From Emiliania huxleyi CCMP1516 (lineage: Eukaryota), in assembly GCF_000372725.1 (NCBI RefSeq), contig NW_005202428.1, forward strand, positions 62,001 through 126,000: a DNA stretch of 64,000 nt, given 5' to 3'. This document shows positions 45,901 through 61,984 of this stretch, piece after piece. The notes beneath the pieces were generated by a model, which worked only from the letters and a program-made list of their open reading frames with translations, was not told the DNA's origin and searched no databases. How positions within the stretch are numbered: position 1 is the first letter of the stretch; every line of letters begins with the position of its first letter. A program made the translations under genes and the position numbers.

Positions 45901-47909
45901 NNNNNNNNNNNNNNNNNNNNNNNNNNNNNNNNNNNNNNNNNNNNNNNNNNNNNNNNNNNNNNNNNNNNNNNNNNNNNNNNNNNNNNNNNNNNNNNNNNNN
46001 NNNNNNNNNNNNNNNNNNNNNNNNNNNNNNNNNNNNNNNNNNNNNNNNNNNNNNNNNNNNNNNNNNNNNNNNNNNNNNNNNNNNNNNNNNNNNNNNNNNN
46101 NNNNNNNNNNNNNNNNNNNNNNNNNNNNNNNNNNNNNNNNNNNNNNNNNNNNNNNNNNNNNNNNNNNNNNNNNNNNNNNNNNNNNNNNNNNNNNNNNNNN
46201 NNNNNNNNNNNNNNNNNNNNNNNNNNNNNNNNNNNNNNNNNNNNNNNNNNNNNNNNNNNNNNNNNNNNNNNNNNNNNNNNNNNNNNNNNNNNNNNNNNNN
46301 NNNNNNNNNNNNNNNNNNNNNNNNNNNNNTCAGGGGGGGGGAGCCTAGAGAATTTTGTTTTTGCCACCACCATGTCCCTTTGCGGGTGAGTATGGATAAG
46401 GGCTTTTCTTATGAAATTTCCGGCGGTTTCCCCCCCCATATTTCTCACAGCAAATGCTGAATGAGCACGCTCCGTCTACCAGCTCGACGGGCCGATGGTC
46501 CAGCGGGGAGCCTGCGCGGTCGCGGGCGAGAAGCCGGCGCCGCATGCTCCGTGCTGGTCCATCGGCCCGTCGAGCTGGTAGACGGAGCCTGCTCATTCAG
46601 CACTTGCGTGCGTGAGTGCAGAGTGGGGGAGCCGTCGGGCTGGCAGAGACGGAGAGCCTGTTCACTCATCAGCCAGCCATGAGCGAACTCTGAGTGGCCA
46701 GACCAGAGCGTCCGGGCAGGCAGACGGAGCCTGACGCGGTGCGCAATGTGCGGCCGTCGACCCTTGTGGCGATGGCCGTGGAGTGCCACGGCTTGCGGCC
46801 CCGCGGCTGCCCCTTGCGCCAGCCCTCGACGGCGAGCGAGACGGCGCCGTCAGTGGAGGCGCCCAGCCGCTTCAGGTACCAGCCAGTCAGCACGACGGGG
46901 GGCTTGCTCGAGCCTCCTCCTCCGCCGCGCGCGCTGCCCGTGCCGACTGCTGCTGCCGGCGCCGCCTCCGCACCCGCCCTCGGCTGCGGCTGCTGCGGCT
47001 GCGGCTGCTGCTGCTGCGGCGGCTGCGGCTGCTGCTGCGGCTCGCGGCGCAGGAAAGCGAGCAGCTCTGCCTCGCTGCCCTTGTTCCGACCACCGCCCGC
47101 CCCCGTCGCCGCGGCGCCGCTGGCGTTGGCGGCGGCGTTGGCGGCAGCGGCGGCGGTGGCGACGGGCGGTGGCGGTAGCGGCGGCGGCGGCGGCAGGCGC
47201 TGGCGCGGCGTGGCGCCTGCGCCGTCGGTGGAGAGCGAGTCGTTCGAGAAGGGCCCGCCTGCTCGCAGGTGCAGACACCGGCCGTTGGGGAGGGCCCGAC
47301 CCAGGGCCCAACCCGCCCTTCTCCCCTCGCCCCCCTCCCCCCCTCGCCCCCCCCGTGCCATCTCAGGCCGTCGCTACCTCCCGCTCTTGCGAACCCACAC
47401 CCCGCGGGTTCTAGCATATGGTTGGGTGGGGGGCCAATTGCCTCCCAGTTTTACCCCCCCCCCCCCCCCCACCCACCCACCCACCCACACACCCGCACAC
47501 ACCCTCTCCCCCTCCCTCTCCTTCCCCCTCTCTCTCCTCTCTCTCTGCCACGCGCGCCCGAAAACGGCTCGGTCGGCGGAAGACCACCCGGAGGCGTGCA
47601 GCTACCGAAGGGAGTGGTCGCGAGGCCCCCGCGGGCGTCGGGTGAGGGCGCGCGGCCGTGCGGCGGACGGCGCGACGCCAGCGGCGACGCCCCCGCCGCG
47701 CCGAAGGCCGGTGGCCCGAGCGGTGGGCCTGACCCGCCGGAGGAGGAAGCGGCGCGGAAGGCGGGCGGCGGCGGCGGAGGGGGCGGCATCGCCGCGCCAG
47801 GCCGGAACAGCGTCGCCTTGGGCATCGGCGAGAGCGATGGCAGCGACGCGGCGCCGAGCGGAGCCGCAGCCGACGCTCCGCCGCCGAGCGAGGGCGCGAG
47901 CCCCGCCAT
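42341..47909 (-). CDS. KNL2: KNL2/Mis18BP1-like centromere protein (SANTA domain + CENP-C-like motif), multi-exon, spans two gaps; 3' extent uncertain
   Basis: SANTA domain: VVLTGWYLKR...LAVEGW...PWHSTAIATRVDGRTLRTAS|GSVYQLDGPMD...AGFS (~46900-46510). The CENP-C motif RRSSGGRVR|IKPLAFWANEVV is formed by removing GC-AG intron 44963-45033. Confidence 0.72.
46455..46602. repeat. Inverted repeat with ~50-bp arms
   Basis: TGCTGAATGAGCACGCTCCGTCTACCAGCTCGACGGGCCGATGGTCCAGC pairs with the segment ending at 46602 with 2 mismatches. Confidence 0.9.
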
Positions 47910-48365
47910 GGTGGCCTTTGCGAGCGGCGAGCGGAGGCGGCTGTAGTCGGAGACCTGGTGGATGGCGCTGCTCCGGAGAGGGTCCGGCGCGCGCGGCAGC
48001 GAGCGGCGGCTCATGGGGAAAACGGCGAGTGTACAGCGGCGGTGTGTGTGTGTATACCGCGGGAGACGAGAAGAAACAACTGCTGCGGTATTCTCGACGG
48101 GGGGGGGGGGAGAATTTTACAACGCTCCCTTTGCTGCACACCATAAAATCTTTGCTTGTGCGCGCCGCGACTCGCAGCTGTGGAGAGAATCCACGCGGCA
48201 GCTCGACCGAATTCAGGCGGGCAGACACGGTGAGAAAGAAAAGGGTTTATTTTTTCGCCTGGGATTGCTTAGAATTTTTTGCGCAGCGGCAGTCCGGCTC
48301 GCACGCCGACCTCGAGGCGCCAGCTTGCTGCGTGTTTCCCTGAGCACGACTGGGCGCGTCCCGCC

Positions 48366-50780
48366 ATGCGTCGACATGTGCGGCGGCAAGGCTCTCGCCT
48401 CGCCCTCGCCGGCGTCGGTGGCGCGGTCGGCCTCTCGGGCGTGGCAGCGTGGCAGGCGCCCTCACCCCTCGCCTCCCTAGCCAGCTGCGAGGGTGGATGC
48501 AGGGTGGATCCGGGAGACGGAGCGGGCGGTGATGGGAGGCGGGAGCGACGGGGGCAGCTGCCCGAGCCGCGCGCCACAGCCCCACCCGCGCCCCTTCCCT
48601 CTCTCTCCTGCAGCGGCTCGCGAGCCGCCGCTTCCGCTCCGTTCCACCGCCCGCGGGCCTGCGCCTGCCCACCACCCCCGCCGGCCCGGGTCGCAGGCGA
48701 AGCAGCTCGAGTACGAGTACAAGCGCAACGGCCCGCTCCCGTCCGCGCGCGGGCCGGTCGGCGCTGCCGCGCGCTGGCTGCCTCGGCCGGGACATGTCCG
48801 AGACACGTCCGGGACAATGCCCCGTAGGTCGGCGGTGTCGCGCGCTGGCTGCCTCGGCCGGCGGCGCACTCTGCGGCAGAGGTCGCCGACGGCGCTCCCT
48901 CTGCAGCCGTCGCCGCCAAGGCGGCCGCCGGCGCCGTCGCCGCTGCGGCAGCGCGGGTGGAAGCTGCGGCCTCGGCCGCGAGGGCAGAGGCGGCTGCGGT
49001 GAGGGCAGAGGCGGCGTCGGCGGCGTCGGCGCAGGTAGAGAATGCAACGGCGAAGGCGGGGGCGGCGAGGGAGAATGCGAAGGCCAAGGCGGAGGCGGCC
49101 AAGCAGCGCATCACCGCCGCAGCAGTCGGCGTCGCCACGCCGATTGCACGGCGCGCCGCCGCCTCCTCGCTCTCCTCGCTGCCGCCTCCTCGCTCTCCTC
49201 GCTGCCGCCTCTCTCCCCGCTGCCGCCTCTCTCCCCGCTGCCGCCTCTCTCCTCCCTGCCTCTCTCCTCCCTGCCGCCTCTCTCCTCGCTGCCTCTCTCC
49301 TCCCTGCCGCCTCTCTCCTCGCTGCCACCCTCCCCTCCCTGCCTCTCTTGTCGCTGCCTCTCTTCTCCCTGCCGCCTCCCTCCTAGCCTCCGAGACGCTT
49401 CCCCGTCAAAGCACCCCTTCCTCCGCAGGCGCGCCAGCAGCGGCGGCGGCGCTTCCGAGTGTGCTTCCGAGTGCGGCGGCTGCTCGTCCTTCGGCGGAGG
49501 CGGAGGAGGCGGAGGAGGCGGAGGAGGCGGAGGAGGCGGCGGAGGCGGAGGGGGAGGAGGCGGAGGCGGAGGCGGAGGGGGAGGAGGCGGAGGCGGAGGC
49601 GGAGGAAGAGGCGGAGGGGGAGGCGGAGGGGGAGGCGGAGGAGGCGGAGGAGGTGCGTTGCTCACGGCGGCGGCGGCGGAGGGTGCGGGGGTGCGAGGAG
49701 GCGGAGCAGAGGGCGGCGGCTGCAGTGCCGTCGCGGGCGGGCGCGAGGGCGGCGGAGGCGGAGGCGGAGGCGGAGGCGGAGGCGGAGGGTGCTGCGTTGC
49801 TCGGCGGAGGCACGTGATCTTCGTGGGCGACTCGCTGGTGACGGGCGTGGGCTGCTCGCAGGAAGTTTGCACCGGGCCGGCGCTGCCTCGCGCGTTCGCT
49901 GATTTTCTGTGCCGCGCGCTGAGGGCGGATGTGCATTGGGCGGCCCTCGGCTCGCCCGGCTCTAGGACGTGTCTAGGACGTGTCGAGGAGGTGTCGAGGA
50001 CGTGTCTAGGCGGCGATCGGCTCGACCGGATCAGACGTCCGCAGGCTGCGAACAGAGCTGGTGCCGCGCGAGGTGTGAGCGGCGTCTCTTCACACCTCCA
50101 GCTGTGAACAGGCTGCGAACAGAGCTGGTGCCGCGCGAGGTGTGAGCGGCGTCTCTTCACACCTCCAGCTGTGAACAGGCTGCGGACAGAGCTGGTGCCG
50201 CGCGAGGTGTGAGCGGCGTCTCTTCACACCTCCAGCTGTGAACAGGCTGCGGACAGAGCTGGTGCCGCGGCTGGCGGCGCAGGTCGAGTCGGTGCGGCAG
50301 GCGGGCGGGCGGGTGGACATGGTGGTTCTGCTGTGCGGCCTGAACGACGTGAAGAGGGCGTCGCCATGGCGGACGCCGATTGGGTTTCGTCACGACCTGG
50401 CGGAGCTCGTCGGCGAGATTCAGGGCAGCTGCGGCGCCGAGACGACGGTCGTGCTGCCGGCGCTGCCGCTGCACTTGGCGCCCGTCTTCAGCGGTCAGTG
50501 GCCGCTGCTGCCGCTGCTCTCGTCGTTTGCGGGGCTGTGGGACGAGCAGAAGAAGCGGCTCTCCGAAAGAGAGCCGCCCCGCATCTGCTTCGTGCGGTCC
50601 GTCGAGGCAGACAGCGATTTGGCGGCGCAAAACGTGGAGGCTGCGTATTGGGCGGACGACGGCATTCACCCAAACGACGCGGGCTACAAGCTCTGGGGCG
50701 AGCACATCGGGCGGGGAGTGATGCGCCACCTCGAGGAGCGGCAGGGGGGGCTCCCCTCGAGACCTCGCGAGGTGGCGTGA
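48366..50780 (+). CDS. SGNH/GDSL hydrolase, multi-exon
   Basis: Block I VIFVGDSLVTGVG, block III VVLLCGLND and block V DDGIHPNDAGY are present. An N-terminal hydrophobic stretch and an Ala/Gly-rich insert precede them. Confidence 0.82.
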
Positions 50781-53700
50781 CGCGCGGGGCTGCTGCGACG
50801 CTGGACGCGGATCGGGGTTGGGGGCGTGGCGGGGGGGGGGGGGGGGAGGCTCCAGCAGTGACCTCCGGACCCTAACGGTAATTGTTGGCCTGTGGGGGTG
50901 GGAAAAAAGGGGGGGGGGGAGGGGGGGGACCCCCAATCCCATCCAGCGAGCTTGCGCCCCGGGGAACCCCCGAAGCTTTGCGTGGGGTGGTTCTCGCCCT
51001 TTGAGGAGGCGGTGACCGGGGTGTCCGCCCATGCCCCCCATGTTTTTTTCTTTGACGTTTCCGGGGGGGGCCCTAACTCCATAAACGCTCCCTCTTTCCC
51101 AGCTCCCTGGCTTAACCTGGGGGCGACCTGAAAGGGGGGGACACCCCCGTCCTTCCCTTTTTTACGGTTACCCCCTCCCCCCCAAAAGAAAGGGGGGGGC
51201 CGTTGTTATTTATTTATTTATTTAGGCCCCTAACGATAGCATTTCTTCTTTCTTCATGCGCACTGACAAACTCCCCCCCCTTCCCCCCCCCCCCCCCCTC
51301 CCCCAATTCCCAATGAATCAAACGAAACTGAGGCGAAACGAAGTGATGACATCACAGCCCGCGCGATCTCGCAACGGACGGACACTGCCCCCTGTGTGTA
51401 TGGCTGCCGCGCGCAGAAGAGAGAGCTGGCTCGAGATCGGCGGGGAGTGCTGCTCGGCGCCGTACAGCGCTGGGCCCAAGACGCTGCACCGCTCACCTGC
51501 CCTCACCAAGCTCATCACTGACGGCAAATTCCCATCACCGCCGGCCACCCCCGCTCCGCTGGCTGCTGGCAGCCTCTATAATCGCCGGCGAAATCCATCG
51601 CCTCGATCGTCCGCAAGGCATGGAGCCCTCACCCCCCCTTCACTGTCCCGCCAACGTCTGACGCTCCCTCGTCTCCAGGAGCCTGCTAGGGAGTGACGCC
51701 GGCGCGGGACCAGAGGAACGGCCCAAATTCCGGGGCGTGGTCATCCGGGTGCATCTTCCCCTCGTGCACGGCGCGTTGACGCGGCCGTTTGGAATCCAGC
51801 ACCGAGAGGATGGGTGGGTTGTCAAGCGCACGCTGATGGGGTCGCCGGTGACTTGGGGGCCGTTCCGCAAGGAGGAGGAGGCGCGCAAGTAGCCGGAAGC
51901 AGTGAGATCAGTACTCGATCACGTCAATTGCGACCTGAAGCAAAAAGTACTGGCTGCTAGGCGCTTGAGTGGGCACGCGAGGTCGACGTCGCTCTCGGCG
52001 ACCCAAGCGTTGGCGGCCTCAAGTGCGCGTCAGGACGTGCCCCCTTCTGTCCTGCCGCCCCCTCACGCGTCGATCGCCTCCTCCATAAACTCGAGCAGCT
52101 CGGGTGGATACCAAACGGTTCTAAACGCCAAACACACACTTGTTTCTGTCTAGGCACCGAGACCACCTGCATGGCTTGCTCGAGACGCACGCAAAGCGCG
52201 TAGGGATGACAACGTACCCCTTCACGATCCAGGCCAAGGCGCAGGCGCTGCAAAGCCAGGCGAAAAATAAGTCTTAGGTCGTAGGCAAGATGAGGCAGAG
52301 TCTAAGCCTAATGCTGCCCCGACCCTCAACAGGGACACACGTGTCACGCATGCGGCATCAAGCTCACATGGGGAGTGCTCGAGTTCTTTGGTGGTGGCGC
52401 TGATGGCGGAGCCCCTGGCCAACTCCGCGACAACAGCAGCTGCGAGGTGACCCCCTACCCCACGCGCCGGCCCCGCCGCGCCCACCTCTCAGGCAACCGC
52501 GGTACTAGGCGCTCTGCCGCCACTGCCACTGCCGCAAGGCCGGCGCCGCCCGATCTCGAAAGGTGGGCAAGGAAAAGAGCTGGGATGCGGAGGGTTGCTG
52601 GTGCTCGTGGTGAAGCGCCCAAATGCATAACAGATGCATAACTAAGAGATGGGTGATTAAAGGAGCAGGTCCCCGCCCATGTTGTTCGTGCAGGGTCTTC
52701 TGGGGTGGTTGGTGTAGCCGGGGGCCATCCTCCCTACTAGCACTAGCACTAGCCGCCGTCCACGTCGTCCCCCTCGGGGGTCCCTGCTGCTTCTGATAAA
52801 TAAATAAATAAATAAATAAAAACTGACACCTCTCTACTGTGAGATGGGTACAAAGGAACAGGTCCCCGCCCTTGCGATCTTTGTGCAGGGTTCTTTGTGG
52901 GTGTGGTCGGCGACTAGCCGGGGTCGTCCTCCCGATGGGGGACTAGCACTAGCCGTCTTCCACATGGTCCCTCGGGTCCCTGCTGCTCCTAATCTCGTCG
53001 TACATCCTCCTACTGATCTCCGCAAAGTCCTGCTCCCTCCCTCGTCTCGCCCTGCGCGTTTGCTCCGCCTCCCCGTCGTCTGCCCTGCGTCGTCTGGCGA
53101 CGGGTCCTCCATAGTCGGTCGAGGTCGCCGCCCTCCTCGTGCCTCTTCCCAGCGTTCCCTCGGCGGCCGATGCCGTCTGCTCCGGCTCCCCAGTCCCCGG
53201 TTCTGCCCTGCTCTCGTCTGCGCTAGTTTCTGCTTCGTCATCACTGGCGCCTCTCCTCTTTTTTCTCCTCCTGCTTCTGATAATACGAAGTCGTAAACTG
53301 ATTTTTTACGCCTTGTTTGTCGAATTGTCGCGTGAATCGTGCTGTGCGACCGCCTCTGGTTGTAAAGTTCTTTTCATCGTGCTGTGCACTTGGAGCACTT
53401 GGAGTGCAGTCATCAACCTCACATCCAGGGCCGGGGAGCTAAGAAGCGCACCCAGCGGGCCGGATGATCGGCATCGGGTGCGACCGCCTTTTGTTGTTAA
53501 TTTTTACAGCGTTCCATAAGCCGTCAATCTGTTTTCGCGTGTGCAGTCCTCCAGCCCCCCCCCCCCCCCTCCCCCGGGCGCGACCGTGGGTTTGAATCCG
53601 ATCGACGAATAGGTGACCACCCACCACACACCGCCAACGTGACACACACAGCGCCCAATTCCCTGCTCGCTCGTGCGTGGGGACCGGGGCGCTGTTCGAG

Positions 53701-53888
53701 TGGGTGTAAAAAGAAAAGAATGCATTTTACTTTCAGGCGGCGGCTACAAGCCCGAAAGGCGACTCGCCGTTGGCCGCTTTCATATATTTCGCCCAAAAGA
53801 AGCGTTGGTTTCGGCGCGCCGGCTATTCGGCGCGCGCAACACGTCCGTCCACGGCGCAGCTGACGCCAGGCTGAAAGGGGAAGAGGCG

Positions 53889-56486
53889 ATGAAAATCTGC
53901 CCGAACGGCGGCGATCCCGACTTCTCTGTGGATGCAGTGGGAGATGGCGACATGGACCCCGGCTTCGACAAGGATGCATCCCGCGGCTGCATCTGCTGCC
54001 CCGGCTGCAAATACGAGGACATCCCATCACCAATCCCAAAGATGTGTATCCCCAAGTTCTGCCTGACGCCAAAGGACCCAGTACCGGATCCCACAGTCGA
54101 CTATATCAACGACACAGTCGACGACATCGGGACATACATTCGAGGAGAAGCGCACCAGATGTCGATGAGATCTGTGCGTCGGGACGCTGCCGACAGTCCC
54201 GCTGCGCGTCTCGCATTCAGCTCAGTGCTGCCCCTCCCTAGGCCGTCAACGACTACGTGGCCTCCACGGGCGGTGTCGCGGGCACTCGCACGTACAGTGG
54301 GCGCGACATCGACCCCGACTTCGAGGTTGACACGGCGATTCCCGACGATGCCAAGTGCATGTGCCCGTGGCCATGTGGCTGCGAATACGGGGTGCGCTCG
54401 CTGCGCCCAATCTGGCGCAGCCGTTCACGCCCAGCCTGCCACGTCAGCCTGCGGTCTTCCCCGTTGCCATGCTCTCCGGATCCGCCCGGGGGAGGAGGGG
54501 GAAGGGGCATGCGGCACGCATCACGCACGCTCTTTCACCCTCTCAAAGCCCTTCCCCTTTCATCCGTCAGGATACGCCGGAGCCGTGGCGGAGCTTTGTG
54601 CCGAAGTTCTGCTGGAAGTACGATAAGCCGGAGCCAAAGGTGCCGCGCCGCCAATCCTCCACTCCCTCCCGCTCGGGTCGCACACTTGCCCCCCCACTCG
54701 GCTCTGCGCTGTCACTTGTGGGTCGAGCGCATCGCACCGGAGCCCTCCTCCAATATCCTCCAGCCGCTGCCCGCTGCTCCGAGCCCCTTCCCAGCCCCTT
54801 CCCAGCCCCCCACGCAGCACACTCCACGGCGCCGACCTCCACGCAGGGCCGCGGTGAGGATGAGCAGCCCTACCCGGACGACGCCAAGTGCCTTTGCCCC
54901 TGCGGCTGCACCTACGGGGCAACTCTCACTCTCCAGCAGCCGCCCACCCAGCATACCACACCAACATTCCCCTGCAACCTCCCGTGCAGAACACGCCCGA
55001 GCCGTGGCGAACCATTGCGGCCTCCCTCAGCTGCTACCAGGGGGAGAAGACTGAATCCCGTGACATCGACCCGGAGCCTTTGCCAGAGCCTTTGCCAGAG
55101 GACGACTGGAGCAGTGCGCAGAGTATCAGCTCGATATCCCCGTCTCACCTTCCGCGCCCGCGTTCCTCATCCGCTGCTCTGCTCACCGCCGCAGACTCTG
55201 GCTGCATTTGCTGCCCCGCCTTTTGCAAATATGAGGTGGCCTCCGAGACCAGTCCGAGAACACTCCGAGATCCTTCCACTACCAATATGCCCTTGCGCCA
55301 CACCCGCGCGCCCGGCGGGGGCGAGAGAGTTGCTAGGCGCCCGGCTGATCTCGTGGGTGCCAACCGACGCCCTTGGCTCCCCTAGCTGCAAGCGTGACTC
55401 CAGCGCCGGCTCGCGCGCTTGTCAGGACGTTCCCGACCCAGTGAAGCCGTGCGTTAAGTGCTTCATGACACCGCCTGAGAAACAACCGCGGGACTGGAAG
55501 CGCGACATCCCAGAGTTGCCGTGCGTGTCTCCCCTCTCCGACCCACCTACCCACGCTCCTCCCTCGCCGCACTGGCCCGCCCACCGTCCACCGGCGCAGG
55601 GCGCCGACCAAGGCCGACAAAATGGTCAAGTCGATGATGGCCTCAATCAACCTGCGCGCGGCCATGATCGATACGGCGGTCAGTGCTCATAGACGGGCCG
55701 GACCCTACCGTGATCAACTTGAGCCACCACATTCTTGACCACCCCCCCCCCCCCTCACCCCCTTTCTGCACTGACGCGCATCGCCGAGTACCGTGCTCGA
55801 ATTGTATTCGCACTTTGCCACGCTCCTTCACGCATTAGGCTAGCGATGCCCTCAGCGCGAAGAAGGAGGCGGATTTGGCTGCGGGCAAGACGAAGGGCGC
55901 GCTCGGCCCGACGCGCAGGCGATAGAACTGCTATGATCGGCGCATCTTCACGCCGTTGGCTGAGAGTAGGTTCGCTTGATGCCAAGGCGATTAAAATCTT
56001 ACAGAGGGTGCGACTCTCCCGAGAGACGGCCGAGAGTAGATGTTGCTGCAGGGGCCACGCTAATCTGCGACTTCCGACCCATCCCCTCGGTATCGCCGCT
56101 CTCCTCTCACGGCGTGCGCTTTGCCCGCGCAGGTGGACCAGATGCTCAACACCGTGTTGGACGGCCCGCTCATTTCCAACAGCGCCCCGCCGCCGACGGG
56201 GTGGACACCGGGCGGAAATGAGGGGGTGGAGACGCTGCCTGCGAAGGCGCCTTGCGTGTGGTACAACCCATGCACGTATTGCAACTCGTGCAAGCCCTTC
56301 CCGGACACCGAGGTGAGCGGGCCCTCCAAAGATCCAAAGATGGTGCCGGACGGGGCGCCGCAGATGAAATGCTTTTACAAGTGCTGCTGCGGCCCCAACC
56401 GCTGCCCTTGCTCGCCCGCGGCCTGCAACGCCCCCCTTGAGCCCTACAAGGCCCCGAAAATGACCCCGCCAAAGATGATGATCTGA
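53889..56486 (+). CDS. Unrecognised Cys/Pro/Asp-rich repeat protein, multi-exon
   Basis: Spliced exons give four repeats (GCICCPGCKYEDIPSP; KCMCPWPCGCEYG|DTPEPWR; KCLCPCGCTYG|NTPEPWR; GCICCPAFCKYE|DVPDP) and a final exon with CVWYNPCTYCNSC and KCFYKCCCGPNRCPC. Confidence 0.7.
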
Positions 56487-56899
56487 CTCGCCTCTGACTT
56501 GGTTCTGACCCCACGTTGCAGCGCACGCCCAGGGCATCAGACGACTTAGCGAGAGCAACCCTCGGCAAGTGCCAAGTGTCCAACAGAACACGGCGGCAAA
56601 TTAATACAAGGCACACGATCTTCTACTAGCCCTCGCGGCGGGTTAATATAAATTGAGTATTCGCCGACCCGGAAAGCGCTTAAAGCTAATTTACACGTGC
56701 GCACACAACGCAGCTACACACTGGCCTTTGGGACCTAATTCTGGTGCATCTGGGACACTTGAGCACCATCTCACAGACGAGGACGACACTCGCAACGAAC
56801 ACACTCTTGGTTGACACTCTTCAGTCTCTTCACCACCCTGTTCAGCTACGCGCGCTGCGGGCGCTGCACCTCTGCCGACCTCAACCGTTCGTCGGGATA

Positions 56900-60170
<3,271 letters not shown>

Positions 60171-60661
60171 GGGCGCGCCGCGGCCGCGCGCAACCTTCGT
60201 TACAATGCCAACCGCGCGCGGCCGTCGACCGGCAAGCACACGCCTCGACTCGGACACACTGTTCCGAGGGCAAGGGAGAGGGGCTGGCCCCTAGCCCTAG
60301 AGGAGAGCTTCCGAGACCCACTCCAAGACCACGCACGCATCATCCCGCGGCCTCGCGGTCGGCGGGATTGCAACCAGTCTTCGCGTGCCGCCTGTCGTTC
60401 GAGTCGGGCGCCTTCGGCGTCGGGGTGGCGAGCAGGGGACGCGGCTCTGAGCGCCCAGCGACGCGTGCCGGATGGAGTCCGGCCGCGGGTGACTAGGGAA
60501 GTTCGCTCAGGATGTGTGGCAGTCAGTTTGGCTGAGTGTCTTGTCTTGTGGTTCTGTGTGTCGCTCCTGTGTGACCGTCATCGCCCGTCTAGCGTCCACC
60601 CATACCGCGTTGGTGTCCCAGTCGTTGGTCGGACTGTGTTTCGCCTTCCCATCAATCAATC

Positions 60662-61125
60662 GGTGGCAGGAGAACGACGAGAGTGGGACGGCCGCGAGGT
60701 GGCATGAAGGTTGCAGCGAGAAGCGGCGAGAGACTGCGAAAAGAGAGATACGAAGAGGCAGACTCCCCAGGGTGGGCGACGGCTAGCGCATCACACTCTC
60801 CTCTCCTTAAAGCAATCCCTGTGTGGTGGCGGCGTGCCGTTCTCCCATCCCTCCCTTGGGTTGTGTGTTTTCTTTCTTTCTTTAGCCGGTGGCAGGGGAA
60901 GAGACAGCAGGAGAGAGAACGACGAGAGTGGGAAGAACGCGAGGTGGCATGAAGGTCGCTGCGAGAAGGTGAGAAACTGCGGAGAGAGATAGGAAGTGGT
61001 AGACGCCCGAGGGTGGGCGACGGCTAGCACCACACTCCTGCTCTCCTTAAAATCCCTGTGTGGTGGCGGCGTGCCGTCCTCCCATCCCTCCCTTGTCTCT
61101 TTTCTTTCTTTCTTTCTTAGCCGGC
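60662..61125 (+). repeat. Degenerate tandem duplication (~230-bp unit); a similar local duplication lies at 52659-52990
   Basis: GAGAACGACGAGAGTGGGA...CGCGAGGTGGCATGAAGGT...AGGGTGGGCGACGGCTAGC...TCTCCTTAAA...ATCCCTGTGTGGTGGCGGCGTGCCGT occurs twice. Confidence 0.85.
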
Positions 61126-61984
61126 GCCAGCATCATCTGTGGAGGTACAAGTGTTCGAAGAGAGAGTGGAACTGAGCAACGACATGACTTGGCGGCAAAT
61201 GATCGCAGTGGGGGCGTCAGAAGAGTCGTCCTCGCGCGAGGAGAGCTCGATAAACTCGAGGGGCCAAAATATGCCGCGTCCGAGGAGGGCAGAGTTGCGC
61301 CGAAAGGCGGGAGAAGCTGCGAGAGCAAGGGAGCGGCAGGCGGCGGCGCCGTCGCAGAACGAGGCAGAGGAGAGCGACGCGACAGAGGATGAAGCGACAG
61401 GAGAGAGAACGACGAGAGTGGGACGACCGCGATCCTTAGCGCTGCGTTTCCGTCTGAGGACTGAGTTACAAGCACGATCCACGCTGAGGCGGGACGTGTG
61501 TGCTTTCATGGTAGCGAGCGGCGCGCCGATCCTGCGAGCAGATCGTCGCAACTAAAGCTGGCGGCGCTCACGAGTGAGGCCGCGCCAGCGTGCGTCGCTC
61601 CGGGCCGAGAACCTGAGGGTTGACTTGGCAGCGGCTGCGGCCAGCGGACACGGGAAGCTGCTTCGAGGGGAGCCCCTTGCGGAGCTCGAGAAGACGCGGC
61701 CACTCTCTCAAGAGAAGTTCGACGAGCAGTACCCGGCGAACCTGCTCGACGAGCTCAAGGGTTTCGATCTCGTCAAGTATAGGGCTGAGCGGGAGAAGGT
61801 CCTGCGGGAGAGCCACATCAAGGCCATCGCCTTCAACGAGGTGCTCGAGCGCTACTCGTCCGAGGCAGTGCTCGCCGTCACCGCGGCCCTCAAGGATTGC
61901 CCGGGTATGCTCGACCGTCTCCGCGAGAACTGCCCGCTCATGCGGCCCACCGACCGCTCGTCGCCATCCTCGCCCGAGCACCCC

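Noticed and set aside
42798..46460. Long ORFs spanning N runs (also 36818-37997 and 62447-63170)
   Set aside because: They are artefacts of translating through assembly gaps.
50045..50245. CRISPR-like array (palindromic 39-bp repeat with ~28-bp spacers); likewise 5409-5573
   Set aside because: The spacers are near-identical copies of the host exon rather than unique sequences. The context is eukaryotic and there are no cas genes.
50820..51320. G/C homopolymer-rich stretch as a regulatory or G-quadruplex element
   Set aside because: It resembles low-quality read-end sequence like that flanking the gaps, so it cannot be supported.
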